NCBI RefSeq assembly: GCF_006345805.1
Contig: NC_043005.1
Location: 48,236,001 to 48,300,000 of the forward strand
DNA length: 64,000 bases
Direction: 5' to 3'
Origin: Octopus sinensis
Taxonomy: Eukaryota
The position numbers and the translations under genes are program-made. Numbering within the stretch: position 1 is the first letter of the stretch; each line of letters begins with the position of its first letter. Positions 13,346 to 26,176 of the stretch are shown here, piece by piece. The notes under the pieces were generated by a model. The model had not been told where the DNA came from and did no database searches. It was given only the letters and a program-made list of their open reading frames with translations.

Positions 13346-13475
13346 TCTCTCTCTCTTCCTTTCTCACACGCACGCACACACTCTATTCACCCGTTACTAA
13401 CACTAACGCTGCTTATACCACCACCCGTCCTTCTACTTTCATTCATTCTCCACCCGTGTCTATTTATTTCAATGA

Positions 13476-13790
13476 AGGCGTGTGGCTTAATGGTTAGTGC
13501 ACACGACTTACGATCGTAAGGCCGAAGATTCGATCGATACCCGGCGGTGCGCTGTGTTCTTGAGCAAGATACTTATTTTACCTTACACCGGTCTGGCAAA
13601 AATGAGTTGCACCCGTAATTCAAAGGACCAACCTTGTCACAGTCTGTGTCAAGATGAATCTCCGTGAGAACTACGCTGAGGGTATGTGTGTCTGTGGAGC
13701 ACTCGGCCACTTGCACATTAATTTGACGAGCAGGCTGTTCCGTTGATCTGGTAAACTGCAACCCTCGTCGTCGTAACCGACGGAGTGCCA
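13476..13790 (+). mobile_element. SINE family C (head C + CORE-like segment + body C)
   Basis: ggcgtgtggcttaatggttag (A box), gattcgat (B-box-like), tgtgttcttgagcaagatactt (CORE-like), ends cgtaaccgacggagtgcc. Confidence 0.85.
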
Positions 13791-13914
13791 TTTTTTTTTT
13801 ATCCGTATCTATCACTCCTCGACCAAAAACTTTTAGTACCCAACATATTTTGTTGTTGCCTTAACAGAAATTAAGAATTTCTGAGTGATGTTCGGTTTGC
13901 TAGAAATAGCCACT

Positions 13915-14150
13915 AAGTGGCTGCGAGCTGGCAGAAACGTTAGCACGCCGGGCGAAATGCGTAGCCGTATTTCGTCTGCCGTTACGTTCTGAGTTCAAAT
14001 TCCGTCGAGGTTGACTTTGGCTTTCATCCTTTCGGGGTCGATTAAATAAGTACCATTTACGCACTGGAGTCGATATAATCGACTTAATCCGTTTGTCTGT
14101 CCTTGTTTGTCTCCTCTGTGTGTAGCCCCTTGTGACTAGTAAAGAAATAA
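13915..14150 (+). mobile_element. SINE family B monomer (tail A)
   Basis: Full head, B box, core and tail ending gtaaagaaata. Confidence 0.88.
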
Positions 14151-14280
14151 GAAACAACCGGTAAGTTTCCTTCACGTTACACACAACTGTTGTAGAAAAG
14201 AACAAATTTGCTAATGTGTACGTAAGGTCCCTGCAACATACTAAAAAAACAGATAATCGGGAAGAAATGACAAAAAAAAA

Positions 14281-14598
14281 TCCGTCGGTTACAATCCGTC
14301 GAGTGTTCCAGTTGATCCGATCAGCGGAACAGTCGGCTCGTAAAATTAATGTGCCAGTGGCTGTGCATTCCACAGAGACGCGTATCCTGTACGTAGTTCT
14401 AAGGGAAATTCAGTGATTCACAGAGTTACAAGGCTGGCCCTTTGAATTACTGGTACTACTCATTCTTGCCTACTGAGTGAACTGGACCAAAGTGAAATAA
14501 AGTGTCTTGCTCAAGGACACAACGCACCGCCAAGAATCGAACTCACGACCTGATAACTGCATGTCATATATCATAACCACTAAGCCAAGCGCCTTCAC
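14281..14598 (-). mobile_element. SINE family C
   Basis: Reverse complement of the 13476 copy (cgtcggttac...gtgtcttgctcaaggacacaac...aaccactaagccaagcgcc). Confidence 0.82.
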
Positions 14599-15418
14599 TT
14601 ACTATAAACATAAGCCTGCTTGACCAGGCAACAGCAACAGCGACAACAATAGCAGCAGCGAGTATTCCCATTGTCACCACCTCAGAAAGACCTCAACGCG
14701 GTCATTCAGACTGCTAGAAGTAGCAGCCAAACCCGAAGTCAAGAAGATAATGACTGGAATACCAGGAATGACTATAGGTTTGTTCAGTCATAGCAGATTT
14801 GTGATTACACCAGAAAAGTCACAAGCATCATAACTACCATCCCCGCCTTCTGTATTAGGACCATCATCACCAGCGTTAATTACCACCGAAGATGCATTTG
14901 GTGATAATGAGGTCGTGTCCGCTGTTGGGTTTCGACAATGAGTATTTCTGTTGTTCTGTCAACTGAACCAATTATTTGTTAACTTAACGTTAAAAAGTAG
15001 ATGAACCTAAGGGAGACAACCACAACCCAATAATGTGCAAATCGATGAACATTCATACATATGTGTATGGTTCGTGTTATGATTGCAGTCCATTTAAATG
15101 TAACATGAAAGAAATGTTATTTTCATCGCCCCATCTTCGATGCTTGTGACAGCAGGCCGATGAGGACAATTGGCGCAGGTGGGAACACACCATCATGCTG
15201 GGCTAGAAACCATGAAAAACACACGTACAATGTTTTATGGCCTGGGCCACATCGCAAGTTAGACAGTACAGCGTCTGAAGATACCTACAGCTATTTGAAA
15301 TTCATCATGCCAGAAAGCATATTGTACATGAACGAGAGCGAGTCATGAGTGTGTATGAGAGTGATTGTTTGTGAGTTTCTGGATACATACACACACACAC
15401 ACACACATACACACACAC

Positions 15419-15474
<56 letters not shown>

Positions 15475-15549
15475 CACACACACACATATATATATATAAA
15501 TATGTTATTGTACGAATACAGAAATGAGCGTGTGAATATGTATATGTGT

Positions 15550-15713
15550 AGGCGCAGGAAGGGCTGTGTGGTAAGTAGTTTGCTTACCAACTACATGGTT
15601 CAGGGTTCAGTCCCACTGCGTGGCACCTTGGGCAAGTGTCTTCTACTATAGCCTCGAGATGACCAAAACTTTGTGAGTGAATTTGGTAGAATGAAACTGA
15701 AAGAAGCCCGTCG

Positions 15714-15754
<41 letters not shown>

Positions 15755-15769
15755 GTCTGTGTGTGTGTA

Positions 15770-15807
<38 letters not shown>

Positions 15808-16018
15808 TCTGTGTTTGTACCCCCAACCTCGCTTCACAACCGATGGTGGTGTGCTTACGTCCCCGTAACTTAGCGGTTCGGCAAAAGAGACCGATAGAAT
15901 AAGTACTAGGCTTCCAAAGAATAAGTCCTGGGGGCGATTTGCTCGACTAAAGGCGGTGCTCCAGCATGGCCGCAGTTCAAATGACTGAAACAAGTAAAAG
16001 AGAGAAAAAGAGAGTAAA
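15550..16018 (+). mobile_element. SINE family A, full length
   Basis: All modules present, with an internal (TA)n(TG)n tract at about 15715-15805. Confidence 0.9.
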
Positions 16019-16559
16019 CAATTAGCAAGCTCTTTTTCACGATGAAAAAAAAGCCCTTGCTCACGTCTAACATCTAATTATGCAGCTGGTAGGCGATCGT
16101 CAAACTGACGGTGATCAATCACATATGTATGTGTGCGTGAGCGTGTGCGTGTGTCCGTATGCGTGTATGTGTGTGTGTGTGTGAGTATGTGTTTGTGAGT
16201 GTGTGTGGATACGCGCGTCGAAATCGGCTTGCTTTTGCCTTGTTACTCACTCTGGCAGGGATCATGCTTTTCTTTCTAAGGCTTTGATTTGTAAAAATCT
16301 ACAGAAGGTAATTATAAGCAACTCGTACGAACGCTTTCAAAAGTAGTTATTATACTCATCTACAATCATTGATATTAATAGACAAAAAAAATCTATACAT
16401 CTTTGCCCCAGTTCACTTCTGGAAACTAAAATATATTTACATTGGTGTTCGCTAAAGAAGCTCAAGTGGATACGTGGTTGTGTGAAGCCGGGTCACTGAT
16501 TGTCTATTTCCCAAGTGAGCCAGTGAATGGTCTGAACTGAAAATGTACAGAAAAGTATT

Positions 16560-16930
16560 GGCACAGGATTAGCTTGTTTCCAACCCCATGGATTCGGATT
16601 CAGTTCCACTGCATGGCACCTCGAGCAAGTGTCTTCAACTATAGCCTCAGGCCGACCAAAGTCTTGTGAATGGGTTTGGTAGACGGAAACTGAAAGATGT
16701 ATTTCTATGAATATGTATGTGTGTCTTTGTGTCTGTGTTTGTCCACCATCACTGATTGACAACGGTGTTGGGGTGCTTACGACCCCGTAACTTAGTGGCT
16801 CGACAAAAGAGGCTGATAGAATAAGTATCAGGCTTAAAAAAGAAAAGTACTGAGAAGATTCATTCGACTAGAAATTCTTGAAGGCGATACCCCAGCTTGG
16901 CCGCAGTCTAATGACTAAATACGAAAAAAG
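16560..16930 (+). mobile_element. SINE family A, diverged
   Basis: Same modules, short internal microsatellite. Confidence 0.8.
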
Positions 16931-17124
16931 ATGTAATTGATACTACAAGATCTAATTTTTTTCAATCTTTCACCCCTGAATATCTTTTTTCTCTTTTTTT
17001 CCAGTCGATTCACGAAGAAAATGCAACGCTGACTGCGGTGGTATTTGGAATCAGAAGACAGAAATCCGTATAAAGGCATCCTGTCGGATGCGTTAACGCC
17101 TCTGTCAATTTGCCACCCTGTATC

Positions 17125-17524
17125 TCTTTACTCTTTTACTTGCTTCAGTCATTTGACTGTGGCCACGCTGGAGCAACGCCTTTAGTCGAGCAAATCGACC
17201 CCAGGACTTATTCTTTGGAAGCCTAGTACTTATTCTATCGGTGTCTTTTGCCGAACCGCTAAGTTACGGGGATGTAAACACACCAGCATCGGTTGTGAAG
17301 CGATGTTGGGGGGGACAAACATATACACACACATACATAAATATATATATATATATATATACATACATTCGACGGGCTTCTTTCAGTTTCCGTCTACCAA
17401 ATCCATTCGCAAAGCTTTGGTCGGCCCGAGGCTATAGTAGAAGACACTTGCCCAAGGTGCCACGCAGCCGGAATGAACCCGGAACAATGTGGTTCGTAAG
17501 CAAGCTACTTACCACACAGCCATG
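17125..17524 (-). mobile_element. SINE family A, full length
   Basis: Reverse complement of the family consensus. Confidence 0.88.
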
Positions 17525-17742
17525 TCTACTTTTCACATAGACAGTTATCTTCTGTTCATTGTGCGTGTCTTTGTTTTCTTTGTTTAAATGCATCGATTTG
17601 AATGTCTACATATCTATTGAAACGGTGGTAAGTACACGTTTGTCTACGCATTCTCTTGAAGTGTTTTTTATAGGTATGCGTGCGCCTGTGTGCTAGCATA
17701 TTTATTTGAACTCTAAGTTATGCATGCATATCTATCTCTCTA

Positions 17743-17812
<70 letters not shown>

Positions 17813-18193
17813 GTTCATGCCTGAAAATGTCTGTGTGCTCGGTGAGATATACGCCTGTATACGTTTATATGTCCCCTGGGACTCATGCTGGCAGTTGATA
17901 TGTAAATTTATTAAAGATCACTTTAACTTTATAACTAATTAGGCGCTAAATATTATATGAAGAGAAAATAGAAAGTGAAAAGGTAAAGGAAATCTGTGTT
18001 CTTTTGGGATTTCATTTTGCCTCTATTTGGATGTTGTTAAGTTGTAAGCATTTACCTACACGTCTTTAATAAAAGCATATGGGTGAAAAAAAAAACAACT
18101 CAGATCTCCTCGATATAAGTATTAGAGCCAACGTTTAGAAATTTCGAACGTAATTAGAAAATGCATTTTAAAGTTGCTGCATGATAAGCTCCG

Positions 18194-18432
18194 CACCATC
18201 GACGGAGGAGTTTATAGTAACGACGGTTTATTAATTTTTAGACACAAAAAGCAGGGAGTAGAAAGACATAACCAAATTAGTCAATGGCTTGAACCTAAAG
18301 GGTACAGTAATCAGTAACATCAAGTGCTAACTTTTTTGATGTACCATCCAAACTTCCTAAGAAAAATTTCGAAATGACTATTAAAACAAACAACTAAATC
18401 TTGTATTGAGAGAATGATTCAAACTACTCACC
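18194..18432. repeat. 239-bp CACC-bounded repeat, copy 1
   Basis: About 95% identical to 20199-20435; CACC at both boundaries. Confidence 0.85.
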
Positions 18433-18889
18433 GCATGTTCAAGATATCAATTTGCTGTTTAGCGCGCAACTGGTAACATGTAAACCCTAACAACATGTAG
18501 CCTGTTCGGGCCGTCGGTGACTAAACTGAAAACACCACCAGGTTTACTTGGTGAGTACGGTGGTCTTTGTACACTATGAAGGATGAAAAATAAGATACCT
18601 CAAAGGACGGATGAATGCAGAAGAGTCAACGATCATCCAATAAGGTGATGATAGATCGTTAGAGACTAAACCTTTTTTATTTTCTCTCCTTATTTCTGTG
18701 TTCCTTTCTGTCGAAGAGCGTAGGCTCGAAACGTAAAAGACTTTCTCACTCAGCTGGAAAAATGGGTAGTGCTTGTATGTCAGAGGGCCAATAGTTCACC
18801 CAAAGAAATACGTTACGGTATGCGGGTTCGCTAACTGGAACACTCGTCGACGTAACAGATGGATTGCCAATGTCTATATATAATGTATA

Positions 18890-18935
18890 CATATAATTTA
18901 TATATATATATATTGCATATATATATATATGTAAG

Positions 18936-18969
<34 letters not shown>

Positions 18970-19035
18970 TGTATGTATGTATGTATTATGTATGTATGTA
19001 TGTATGTATGTATGTATGTATGTATGTATGTATGT

Positions 19036-19105
<70 letters not shown>
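18890..19105. repeat. (TA)n/(TATG)n/(GATA)n compound microsatellite
   Basis: Direct reading. Confidence 0.95.
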
Positions 19106-19106
<1 letters not shown>

Positions 19107-19440
19107 TGTGTATGCGTATATATGTATTATGCATGTGCGATATTTGTGAGGACTTAGGAATTTCTGGTTTGGAACCAACGTGTGCAACTACCCTACAAAT
19201 GTAGTCGGTCTCTATGCCGTGGCGAAGGCCCCTAATCCAACTGGAAAACTTTAATGGACAACTTGAAGTATATTGCTCATTAAGTTTGTGGCAAACATTC
19301 GCTCTAAGTTTCTGATATCAGTATTTTTATAAGCCTTCACCAGTTAAAAACGTGTAGGTACTTTAACAGCAATATAAAGCTGTTGGATCCTCATACGTTG
19401 AGAGCAATAGGAGTATCCACACTATATACACGAGTGTGTT

Positions 19441-19740
19441 GGAGGAACATGGCCTAGTGGTTAGAGCAGCGGTTTTTCGGTCGAAGGATCTCGGGTTCGA
19501 ATCTCAGACCGGGCGATGTGTGTGTTTGTGAGCGAAAACACCTAAGCTCCACGCGGCTCCGGCAGAAGGTAATGGCGAACTTCTGCTGACTCTTTCGCCA
19601 CAACTTTCTCTCACTCTTTCCTCCTGCATCTTGCAGCTCACCTGCGACGGACCGGCGTCTCGTTCAGGTGGGGACCCTATACGCCAAGAAACCGGGAAAC
19701 CAGCCCTTATGAGCTAGAAAAGGAACAAACAAACAAATAA
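19441..19740 (+). mobile_element. SINE family D with (AAAC)n tail
   Basis: tggcctagtgg / gggttcgaatc boxes, cctgcgacggaccggcgtc V-like motif; 13-bp TSD aca(c/t)gagtgtgtt at 19428-19440 and 19741-19753. Confidence 0.88.
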
Positions 19741-19744
19741 ACAT

Positions 19745-19776
<32 letters not shown>

Positions 19777-19846
19777 ATAATAACGAAGACTGTTATATAC
19801 GCCATTATCACCGATATACAAATTTATGACGTCTTGTAAGTAAAGT

Positions 19847-20072
19847 AAAGTTACCTTCTCATCTGGGCCAGTTTCCTGGTCTGCATAGCATATAGGTTCC
19901 CTACCTGGACGGGACGCCGGTCCATCATCGGATTACTCGTTTTTGCCAGATGAGTGGACTGGAGCAACGGTGAAATGAAGTGCTTTGCTCAAAAACACAA
20001 CGCATTATTCGGTCCAAGAATCGAAACCACAATCTTACAGTCATGAGTCCAGCATCCTAACCACTAGGCCAC
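19847..20072 (-). mobile_element. Chimeric SINE: head C + CORE-like segment joined to body D
   Basis: The minus strand reads head C, tgtgtttttgagcaaagcactt, then gatggaccggcgtcccgtccagg...gaaactggccc. Confidence 0.72.
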
Positions 20073-20198
20073 ACATACACGCACATACGCACATGCACGC
20101 ACGCACACACATATGAACGTATACCTACGTATATGCATGTACGCACGCATGAACGTACGTACAGGGCAGTGGTTCTCAAACTTTTAGAAGTCGTGGCG

Positions 20199-20435
20199 CA
20201 CCATCGACGGAGGAGTTTATAGTAACGACGGTTTATTAATTTTTAGATATAAAAAACAGGGAGTAGAAAGACAACCAAATTAGTCAATGGCTTGAGCCTA
20301 AAGGGTACAGTAATCAATAACATCAAGTGCTAATTTTTTTGATGTACCATTCAAACTTCCTAAGAAAAATTTCGATATGACTATTAAAACAAACAGCTAA
20401 ATCTTGTATTGAGAGAATGATTCAAACTACTCACC
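20199..20435. repeat. 237-bp CACC-bounded repeat, copy 2, inside the hAT end
   Basis: Matches 18194-18432 and starts about 32 bp inside the TIR. Confidence 0.85.
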
Positions 20436-20533
20436 TTACAAAACCTGCGGGCACGCTACACAGAAAATGTTAAGAAATATAATATGCAAAATATAAAGAA
20501 ATACAGAAATAACCGAAAAAAGGGCATATGCCT

Positions 20534-22351
20534 TTATTTACCATCTATTTTGCGCTGGTAAGAAGTATGAGCCTGGCGTGTCTTGGCAATTTCTTCAATG
20601 TTGGGATATATGTATGATAAGCAAACTCATTTCCTCGTCATTAGACTGAAGATTTGTTCTCTGTTTGCATTTGATGGTAGTGATGATGGAAAATCCTAAT
20701 TCGCATAAATCTGATGTTGAAAATTGCAATAATATGGCTAAAGCTTTTCTTCTTTTTTTTGTGGGGGGAGGATATTGACTGGTATTCTTCTCTGATTGAA
20801 ATCCAAATCTTTTCAAGACTAGATTCGTTATATTTAATCTTCAATCCACCATCAGTGGGTATAGCTGCTAGTTCTTCTTGTCCGGTTACTGTTAAACTAG
20901 CATCATTTGAAAAATCTATGAATGGATTTCGAATCCAAGCGTATTGTTCAGTTTTAAGTGATGGAAAACAATTTATCTTCCAAATTTGTCAAATGTTCAA
21001 GTATTAATGAGAAGATATCATTTATAGAAGTTCTACTTATCAAAGGAAACATTTTAAAATTACCCTCAGAAGCTCTTTTCTTCCAGATAAGTAGTTTTTT
21101 TCTTGAAACGCTTTCATTTTATCAGTAGATGTCAACATATTTTCTTCATTTCCTTGCATGCTAGGATTCAAAGTACTGAGGTGCTGGAACATATCAGCCA
21201 AATACACTAATCGCCAATCCAAAATTTACATCGCAGGAACTCACAAAAGTGGTTATGTTCCATTTCTTCAAAAAATTTCGGGAGGCCTGGTAGCTCAGAT
21301 ACATGATTAAGTACTTCCCCATTTGAAAGCTACCTCACCGCTGTGTGCAAAAGCAGGCGTCTGTGCTGTGAATCCATATCGATACAAACCTGCTCGAATA
21401 ATCGTGACTTTACTGGTCTAGTTATTATGTAATTTACAATCTCAACAGCTGGATTCAAAACTTCTCTTAATTTGTCTCCTAATGATTTTGCTATCAATGC
21501 TTGTCTATGTGAGCTATGACGACATTTTCATTTTGCTTTTTCACAAAGGTTGTAAGGCCCTTAAGCGCCATCTGTACAAATGCCGACACACGACTTCCAT
21601 GATATTTGCCATTTGCACAGGTAATTATTCAAAATGTTGAAAACATCTTCGCCCTTTGTAGTCGCACTTAATTCTTTGCAAAAATGAAATTGATTTACAA
21701 TTTGATCCTCATCAATAAAACGAATAAATGCTAAGAGCTACGCTTTGTTGGCATTGTCTGTTGACTCATCAATTTGTGATGCAAAATCTGAATACTGAAG
21801 CTTATTACTACAAACATTTTTTCTCGATATTAGATGAAATTTCCAGAATACATCTGTGGACAGTAACGTTGAGCAGAGAGATCTTATTTCTTTCTTTTGC
21901 TGCTTCATTTCCCAGCATTGTCTTCACAATCTTCTTACATGCAGGCAGTGTGAGATTTCATATTTTGTGCTATCAGTTCTGAGACCTCGTAAGAAACGAT
22001 TTGAGCTTTTTCAGAAATCGTCATTATACTTTCGAAAGAGTTTCCTGCTATTATCTGCTGTTCTAACAATCTTTTGAAATAACTTATAGATTTACCTTGT
22101 AAATGAGAAAGCTTGCCTTTAAAATGTTTGCTCGGTTTACTAGGAACCAATGATTCGTTTGACATTTTACATCCACATATTAAACATAGCAGCAAAGGAT
22201 CATTAATGTTTCCAGTCCTATGTAAACAAAATACTAAATAACTTTCGTTGTATTTGCGAGTAGACCACGTTTTGGCTCCTTACTGGAACTGTTTCCGCTG
22301 TGTTCACTTCCAGAATAACATTCACGTTTCTGTTTTAAGAAATCTAGCCAT
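20534..22351 (-). pseudogene. Disrupted hAT transposase (ZBED5/ZBED8/SCAND3/GTF2IRD2-like family)
   Basis: RKYNESYL, CLICGCKMSNESLVPSK (BED-like), QIDESTD, GICTDGA, HCFLHREAL, FSTSDLCELGFS and C-terminal RQAHTS; several stops and frameshifts. Confidence 0.88.
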
Positions 22352-22988
22352 TTGTATGGGTGTATTATTGTATATTTATCTGAAACTTTTATCTATCGTT
22401 TACTTATAATGGGCTAAAATTCCATAGAGTATTAAAGTTTTAGATGGGTAGATAGATATATCAGTGACAAGAATATGTGCCACGAAAAAACGTTGCACTA
22501 TTTATCAAAACACTTCCTCTTGCAGAACCTATTACCGCTACTGTCACCGCTACACAGAAGCCGTGCTTGCTCATTAGTACAAAACACGTTTGAACAAGTT
22601 TACAACGTGTATAAAACCTTCTTCCGGGCGACCGGATCTTCCTTGTTGGATATCTTTCCGCTCTTAACATAATAATAATGATCTGCTGTAAAGAACATTT
22701 CAATGCTGAAGTGAGAATATAATGTAAATTCATTTTTTCGCATTACAAATATCTACCTAGATCCTAGAATTTTGTGGGGCACACCGATGCATGTCTCTGG
22801 GTGCACCAGTGTGCCAGGACACATCCCTTGAGAACCATTGGTATTGGGCTACTATCGGTAAAAGTGGATCATGCATTTGTATATGCATTTGCAAACCTGG
22901 GTAAGAAATATTTTTGTTTTAGAAAGACAGGCAGCTGTCTATGCATACAAGTCTCCTGCCTGTAACCCACGACACTGGCATATATCTA

Positions 22989-23220
22989 AGGCGGCGAGCT
23001 GGCAGAAGCGTTAGCGCGCTGGGCGAAATGCTTAGCAGTATTTCGTCTTTCGTTACGTTCTGAGTTCAAATTCCGCCGAGGTCGACTTTGCCTTTCATCC
23101 TTTCGGGGTCGATAAATTAAGTACCAGTTACGCACTGGGGTTGATGTAATCGACTTAATCCCTTTGTCTGTCCTTGTTTGTCCCCTCTACGTTTAGCCCC
23201 TTGTGGGCAGTAAAGAAATA
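22989..23220 (+). mobile_element. SINE family B monomer with 12-bp TSD
   Basis: TSD atatatctaagg at 22980-22991 and 23220-23231. Confidence 0.92.
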
Positions 23221-23566
23221 TATATCTAAGGACAAAAGGCCGCGGATCAGAGCTGACACGGCTTCGCACCAATGTCTTTGAAGGTGTTACTGTCAGACTG
23301 TGAACATTTGGAAGAGACACCACAGGGCACCTTGCTCAACTTTTTGATATTTCTGCCAATATACAGTTCTGCAATTGGGATTTTTTTCTATTTAACGACC
23401 ACCCCACGAATGCATGAAAAATATATTTGACTAGATGGGACTATAAATAACAGCACAGAGAATTGAAACAAGTGTTAAGTAGCATTCTGTCCCATTCTAC
23501 AAATTCACAAAAAGGCGCGTGGCTTATTGGTAATGTATATAATGTATATATAATACGTAAATAGAA

Positions 23567-23665
<99 letters not shown>

Positions 23666-24573
23666 TTACCTATGATTTTTTCAAGTAGATTCGATTGGGT
23701 CATGGCATGTAAAGTTTTTTCAATTTGACCCCCAATTAAGCAAAAATTCGAGAAAACTCAATATTTTACGATTTGCCTCTCTCATTTCAAGTGCTTCACT
23801 CCTTCCATTACCACCACACTTTCTCCTACTTTCTCTTTGCAAGTGTGCAACAATTAAAGTGAAAGTATTTATATAACAGGGATGAGCCATTAATACTGGT
23901 CATCCTTTTTGCTAGAGGAAGATCCGCTATGGTCTTATATGCTACACCACTGGTTTTCAATTCATATTAATCAAATTAATATTCAATCTTTCCCCCTTAT
24001 TATGTGTGTGTGTGTATTAGCAATTCGTATAAAATTGCATCAATGACTTGAACTTGAATAAGTAGTTTCACATAAATGGGGATAAATTAAAAAGGTTTGT
24101 TGTTATTATTATTACTGTTTGACTATTGTAATCACGTTTGTTGGTTCCTCGTCAGGGAAACGTTGTTGTGTTGCATTTGTTAAATAATCGTAGACCGTAA
24201 CCCCCCCCTTTCGGTTATTGTTTAAAAATTGAATTGTGTCCCTGTTTGGGGAAATTGACAATATTTTCACCGTGTTTACGGAAGCATTTTTGTTAAAATG
24301 CCTTCGATAGAAGAAAGACCAAAAATGAATTTCGCTGCAGCCGTACACTTCTATACAAGAGGGAGGACAAGATCCAATTGATCGAAATTGCAAGAGACAG
24401 GCCTACCATTCCAGTCTGTTATATATTTTGAGTATTGTTATCACTAGCGATATCATGATATAACTTTGTATTTTGTATTTTATGTGTAGATGTATATATA
24501 TAGATGTACATGTAATATGTACACATATATATATACACATATATACATGCATAATATATCTACCCATACACAT

Positions 24574-24614
<41 letters not shown>

Positions 24615-24648
24615 TAGGGGCAGGTGTAGCTGTGTGGTAACAAACTAC

Positions 24649-26176
24649 GTTCGAAGATACTGTACTTGATATGGGCGGTAGTGCCTTGCCGGTATATGGC
24701 CTACCTTCAACAAACCGGGAAGGCACAAACACTCTGTCTTCACATTTGCTGCGTGAGACATGTTTTAATGTTGACGAGCTTGCCGAGTACATAGCCGACA
24801 ATGAGCCAAAGCTCCTTCCAGAACAGAAGTTCGCTTACAACTCCGTTGTTAATTCAGTCCGGGCCAAAGCTGGGAAGAATTTTTTTCCTGGACGCTCCTG
24901 GAGGCACTGGGAAAACTTTTGTCAACAAATTAATATTGGCTGAGACTAGGCGAACACAAGGCATTGCACTAGCTGTGGCATCATCTGGAATTGCGGCTAC
25001 TTTGTTGCCAGGCGGCAGGACAGCTCACTCCACTTTCAAGCTTCCGCTTCTCTTAGCGAAGACTGAGACACCAACTTGCAACATCAGTAACAGCTCCGAT
25101 CAGGCAGAAGTCTTCAGACGATGCAAGCTTATCGTTTGGGATGAATGCACGATGGCCCACAGAGGTGCTCTTGAGGCACTAGATAGATCTCTCAGAGACA
25201 TCAAACACTCTTCAGCTCCCATGGGAAGCATAACACTTCTTCTTTCAGGGGACTTCCGACAAACACTTCCCGTTATTCCCAAAGGGACTAGAACTGATGC
25301 AGTAAATACGTGTCTTAAGTCATCCACATTGTGGCCACTGGTGAAGACTCTCAAACTTCACACCAATATGCGTGCTCATATGCGACGTGATATCACATCA
25401 GCAGCATTTTCTCACACCCTCCTTGCACTTGGCGAAGGCAAAATACCAGGGGATGAAAATGGTAATATTGCCATCGATTCCATTTGTACCATTGTTAAAA
25501 CGCCTTCTGATCTCAGAGATGCAATGTTCCCAGATCTACAAGCTAATTATCAGAATATGGATTGGTTTGGCCAAAGGGCTATTCTGGCCCCGAGGAATAA
25601 AACTGTTCACCATATTAATGATGAAATGCTAAAACTCATTCCTGGGATGTCTATGTATATAAGTCTATCGATACAACTCCTGACCCAGAGGACGTCATCA
25701 ACTATCCAACAGAGGTACTCAATTCCTTTGAGCCTCCCCGGACTACCACCACACATTCTCAAACTTAAAGTTGGTGCCCCTATAATGCTCATTAGAAATT
25801 TGGTTCCCCAAAACAATGTAATGGCACACGTTTGATCGTTAAGTCCTTATCTCCCAATCTGATTGAGGCCACCATTATCACAGAGTGCGGTCGAGGCAAC
25901 GTTGTGCTCATACCTAGGATGCATCTTTTCCCATCAGAAGCGGACCTACCTTTCATATTTCGGAGGTCCCAGTTCCCAGTAAGGCCATGTTTCGCAATGC
26001 CAATTAACAAAGCGCAGGGTCAAACACTGTCTGTGGCGGGAATACATTTGGGGGAGCCATGTTTCTCTCATGGTCAGCTTTATGTTGCCTGCTCGCGTGT
26101 CAGCAGCAACAGTGATGCTTTCGCATTCGTTCCACAACGAAAAACAAAAAACATTGTGTACAAGGAGGTTTTATAG
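24649..26176 (+). pseudogene. Helitron RepHel C-terminal PIF1-like helicase, four 1-bp indels, no nonsense codon
   Basis: FLDAPGGTGKT (Walker A), VASSGIAATLLPGGRTAHS, WDECTM, GDFRQTLPV, ILAPRN, LKVGAPIMLIRN, (C)NGTRL, FAMPINKAQGQTL, HGQLYVACSRV. Confidence 0.92.

Larger units (their letters stand above)
20167..22840 (-). mobile_element. hAT (Charlie/Buster-type) DNA transposon, both ends present
   Basis: TIRs cagtggttctcaa (20167) and ttgagaaccattg (22828-22840), 1 mismatch; degenerate 8-bp flanks gtacaggg / gtattggg; internal transposase relic. Confidence 0.88.

Noticed and set aside
12167-13400. Pro/His/Thr-rich or mucin-like coding exon
   Set aside because: Cryptic (CAC)n repeat with overlapping ORFs on both strands, no dominant frame, no convincing splice sites and no domain.
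14790-14960. Possible minus-strand exon (NNRNTHCRNPTADTTSLSPNASSVVINAGDDGPNTEGGDGSYDAC)
   Set aside because: Weak polypyrimidine tract, no clear donor and no recognisable protein.
15150-15185. Possible micro-exon (cag|gccgatgaggacaattggcgcag|gtggga)
   Set aside because: Too short to distinguish from chance AG/GT pairs.
24290-24440. Possible Tc1/mariner N-terminal HTH remnant (MPSIEER.., EIA.ETGLPF)
   Set aside because: Only vague similarity, with no TIR or catalytic motif.
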